A stretch of DNA of 63,275 nucleotides, counting the filler, from Octopus bimaculoides (taxonomy: Eukaryota), in assembly GCF_001194135.2 (NCBI RefSeq). It is 6 parts of 5 records of this genome, joined end to end, with 100 filler letters (N's around TTAATTAATTAA, not from the genome) between each part and the next. Parts side by side here need not be neighbours in the genome. Positions count along the whole stretch, not along the records: positions 61,027 to 63,275 come from NC_069001.1; 5 more parts are not named here. One strand, 5' to 3'. Both the position numbers and the translations under genes were made by a program. Numbering within the stretch: position 1 is the stretch's first letter; the number at the start of each line of letters is the position of its first letter. Under the pieces are notes generated by a model. It was given only the letters and a program-made list of their open reading frames with translations. It searched no databases and was not told where the DNA came from. Of the stretch, positions 60,927 through 63,275 are shown in pieces.

Positions 60927-61026
60927 NNNNNNNNNNNNNNNNNNNNNNNNNNNNNNNNNNNNNNNNNNNNTTAATTAATTAANNNNNNNNNNNNNNNNNN
61001 NNNNNNNNNNNNNNNNNNNNNNNNNN
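60927..61026. other. Artificial 100-bp scaffold spacer
   Basis: N44-TTAATTAATTAA-N44. Confidence 0.95.
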
Positions 61027-61027
61027 A

Positions 61028-61213
61028 TATATATTTGTAAGTCCTGGTGTTTTTGTTATGTATTTGTCTGAATATTTTTTTTTTTATACCTAAGGCACCT
61101 ACTATGATAGGAATTGTTTCTGTTTTTAGATTCCACATTCGAGTTATCTCTATTTCCAGGTCTTTGTATTTTGAAAGTTTTTCCATTTCTTTTAGAGAAA
61201 CGTTGTCATCTGC
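61028..61213 (-). mobile_element. RLE-endonuclease non-LTR retrotransposon C-terminal fragment (R4/Dong-like)
   Basis: ADDNVSLKEMEKLSKYKDLEIEITRMWNLKTETIPIIVGALG contains the KxxKY..L and PIIVGALG motifs. Confidence 0.85.
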
Positions 61214-61854
61214 TTATTATTATTATCATTATTATTATTATTATTATTATTTACATTTTACAGCACACAGTGCAACAAAACCTGCAATGGAGGAATTGTA
61301 TGTATGAGAGATAATAGGTAGTTGGTGGTGGTGGCGCTGGAAGGCGGAATGTGGGTGGTGGCGAGAGGGTCGGCGGTGACTCTGCCTTCGGTAATGTTGA
61401 TAGTGGTGGCAGTGTAGGCGGTAGTGGCGGTGGTACAAAATATACCTGTTTACGAAACAAGCCATCTTAGACAGGGACTACACAGAGAAAGATGTGTCTG
61501 TCTGTTCGTCCTTAAAAGAACCGATCTTATTACTGGCACCTGCATATTGTTAAGTGGTTTACAGAGAGGTTTGACCTTACTTGCCTGCATTGTATTCTCC
61601 GACCCCCCACTCCCCCATTCCCTCCATATTCCCCATTCTCTGTGTCTGTCTGTCTGTCGGTGTGTCTGTTTGTTCCCCCCCCCCACACCTTCTCTGTCTG
61701 TGTGTCTGTCTCTGTTTTGCCTTATTTCAATCAAATTCTTCATTTATCGTTGTGGCATTTTATATTATACAACGTTTTCATTGTTATCATCATATACGCC
61801 ACATTTTGGGCTGCAGCATACGGTGTGTGTCTGTGCATGCATGAATGTATACTT

Positions 61855-61868
61855 ATATATATACATGC

Positions 61869-61921
<53 letters not shown>

Positions 61922-62319
61922 AACACACAAATACACACAAACATACGGATATACATGTATGTATAAATATATATACATATAAATGTATATACACGCACAC
62001 TCACACATATATGTGTATATATATATACATATATATATATATATGAAAATGTTTGTATATGTATGTATATATGTGTATGTATCTGTGTGTGTTTATCTAT
62101 CTATATGCATATGTATGTGTAGTGTATACGTAAGCATGTTTATATGTATGTATGTATGTATTTCTCTCTCTCAATATATATATATATACGTGTGTGTGTG
62201 TGTGTGCCTGTGTGAAGTATGCGAATACGTACGTTGTTTATAATACTGATATACAAAAACTGGCACACGCATGTAGTATATGTGCACACACAACACAGAT
62301 GTACACATCCATGCACACA

Positions 62320-62365
<46 letters not shown>

Positions 62366-62370
62366 TATAC
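61855..62370. repeat. TA/TG/CA compound microsatellite
   Basis: Direct reading. Confidence 0.9.
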
Positions 62371-63025
62371 ACATGTATCGTGCCTATATGAGTGATATAT
62401 TGTTTCCTGCATCAATTCGATACACGCAATGGATACTCTAAAGTATATTAATCAATATATTCAATAAACAATATTTTAATGAAAATGTATAATGTTAATG
62501 AGAGTCCTCTGGAAGGCGGAAAACTGAAGATCATTTTTTTATATTGAAATTTAAATTATAATTGTAGTCTTCAATACAGCTATCAAGAACAAAAATCTCA
62601 TTAGCGTTCAAGAAAATTACTTACAGAGGAATTAAGGGGAGGGAAATCTGTATTTTTTTCTTCGAATAAAAGAATAATTTCTAATATCAAAGTGATGTGA
62701 TTGAGTCTGATATTTGGCAACTATGGTGTTACTTCCCAGCCTGTTTCGTTCTCCTGAGGCTTATGCAGCTGAACATAAAACCCTGCTCGTAACTACCAAC
62801 GCATCAGCACAACTAAGAGATATAATTTATTGTATAAAAATATGTTGTTGATTAGGCAAATTATCAAAATAACGTTAGGGTGTCTTCTGCAAAGGAGATA
62901 TATAGTTATGTGCAAGCTATCGTATTAACGTTTTCCTGGTTCAAATCATTTTCAGGAGTTAGTCCTAAAGGTCCATGCTTGTTTCCAGCCTCTTGGTTAT
63001 TGGAAATTAATTTGGCTTAATTGGT

Positions 63026-63250
63026 TACTCTCTTTACACTTTACTCTTTTACTTGTTTCATTCATTTGACTGCGGCCATGCTGGAGCACCGCTTTTAGTC
63101 GAGCAAACCGACCCCAGGACTTATTCTTTGTAAGCCTAGTACTTATTCAATCGGTCTCTTTTGACGAACCGCTAAGTTACGGGGACCTAAACACACCAGC
63201 ATCGGTTGTCAAGCGATGTTGAGGGGAGGGACAAACACAGACACACAAAC
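63026..63250 (-). mobile_element. SINE family A 3' half, young
   Basis: Full tail through GGTTGTCAAGCGATG, CpGs intact. Confidence 0.92.
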
Positions 63251-63275
63251 ATATACACACACACACACACACACA

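Overview
AT-rich, microsatellite-dense eukaryotic DNA with many N gaps. The SINE families suggest an octopus genome (inference, no search run). I found no host gene I can name; every recognisable ORF is a broken transposon. These are Penelope-like elements (RT thumb plus GIY-YIG at 4640-6294, shorter 3' ends at 2790-3080 and 46940-47278), RTE (9790-10650, 48470-49215), CR1/L2-like (18230-19120, 42050-42690), an R4/Dong-type RLE tail (61028-61213), a deleted FLYWCH/MULE (11436-12810), mariner (43460-44486), Tc1/mariner N-termini, MITEs and about 30 tRNA-SINE or RTE-tail copies. Five identical 100-bp N44-TTAATTAATTAA-N44 spacers show the window is six artificially joined pieces. The most notable signals are: (1) two well-formed and two or three decayed minimal type I hammerhead ribozyme motifs from unrelated sequence families, several next to (AAT)n tracts, including an (AAT)n-hammerhead-183 bp foldback cluster at 16415-16939; (2) a 631-bp MITE with TIRs, an 8-bp TSD, an inner inverted repeat and telomeric TAACCC repeats; (3) a CpG-depleted block at about 22.1-39.7 kb that looks like a methylated gene body, with small CpG-rich exon candidates; (4) a ~155-bp tandem array ending at a Helitron-like CTAG. 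All alignments and folds were done by eye.
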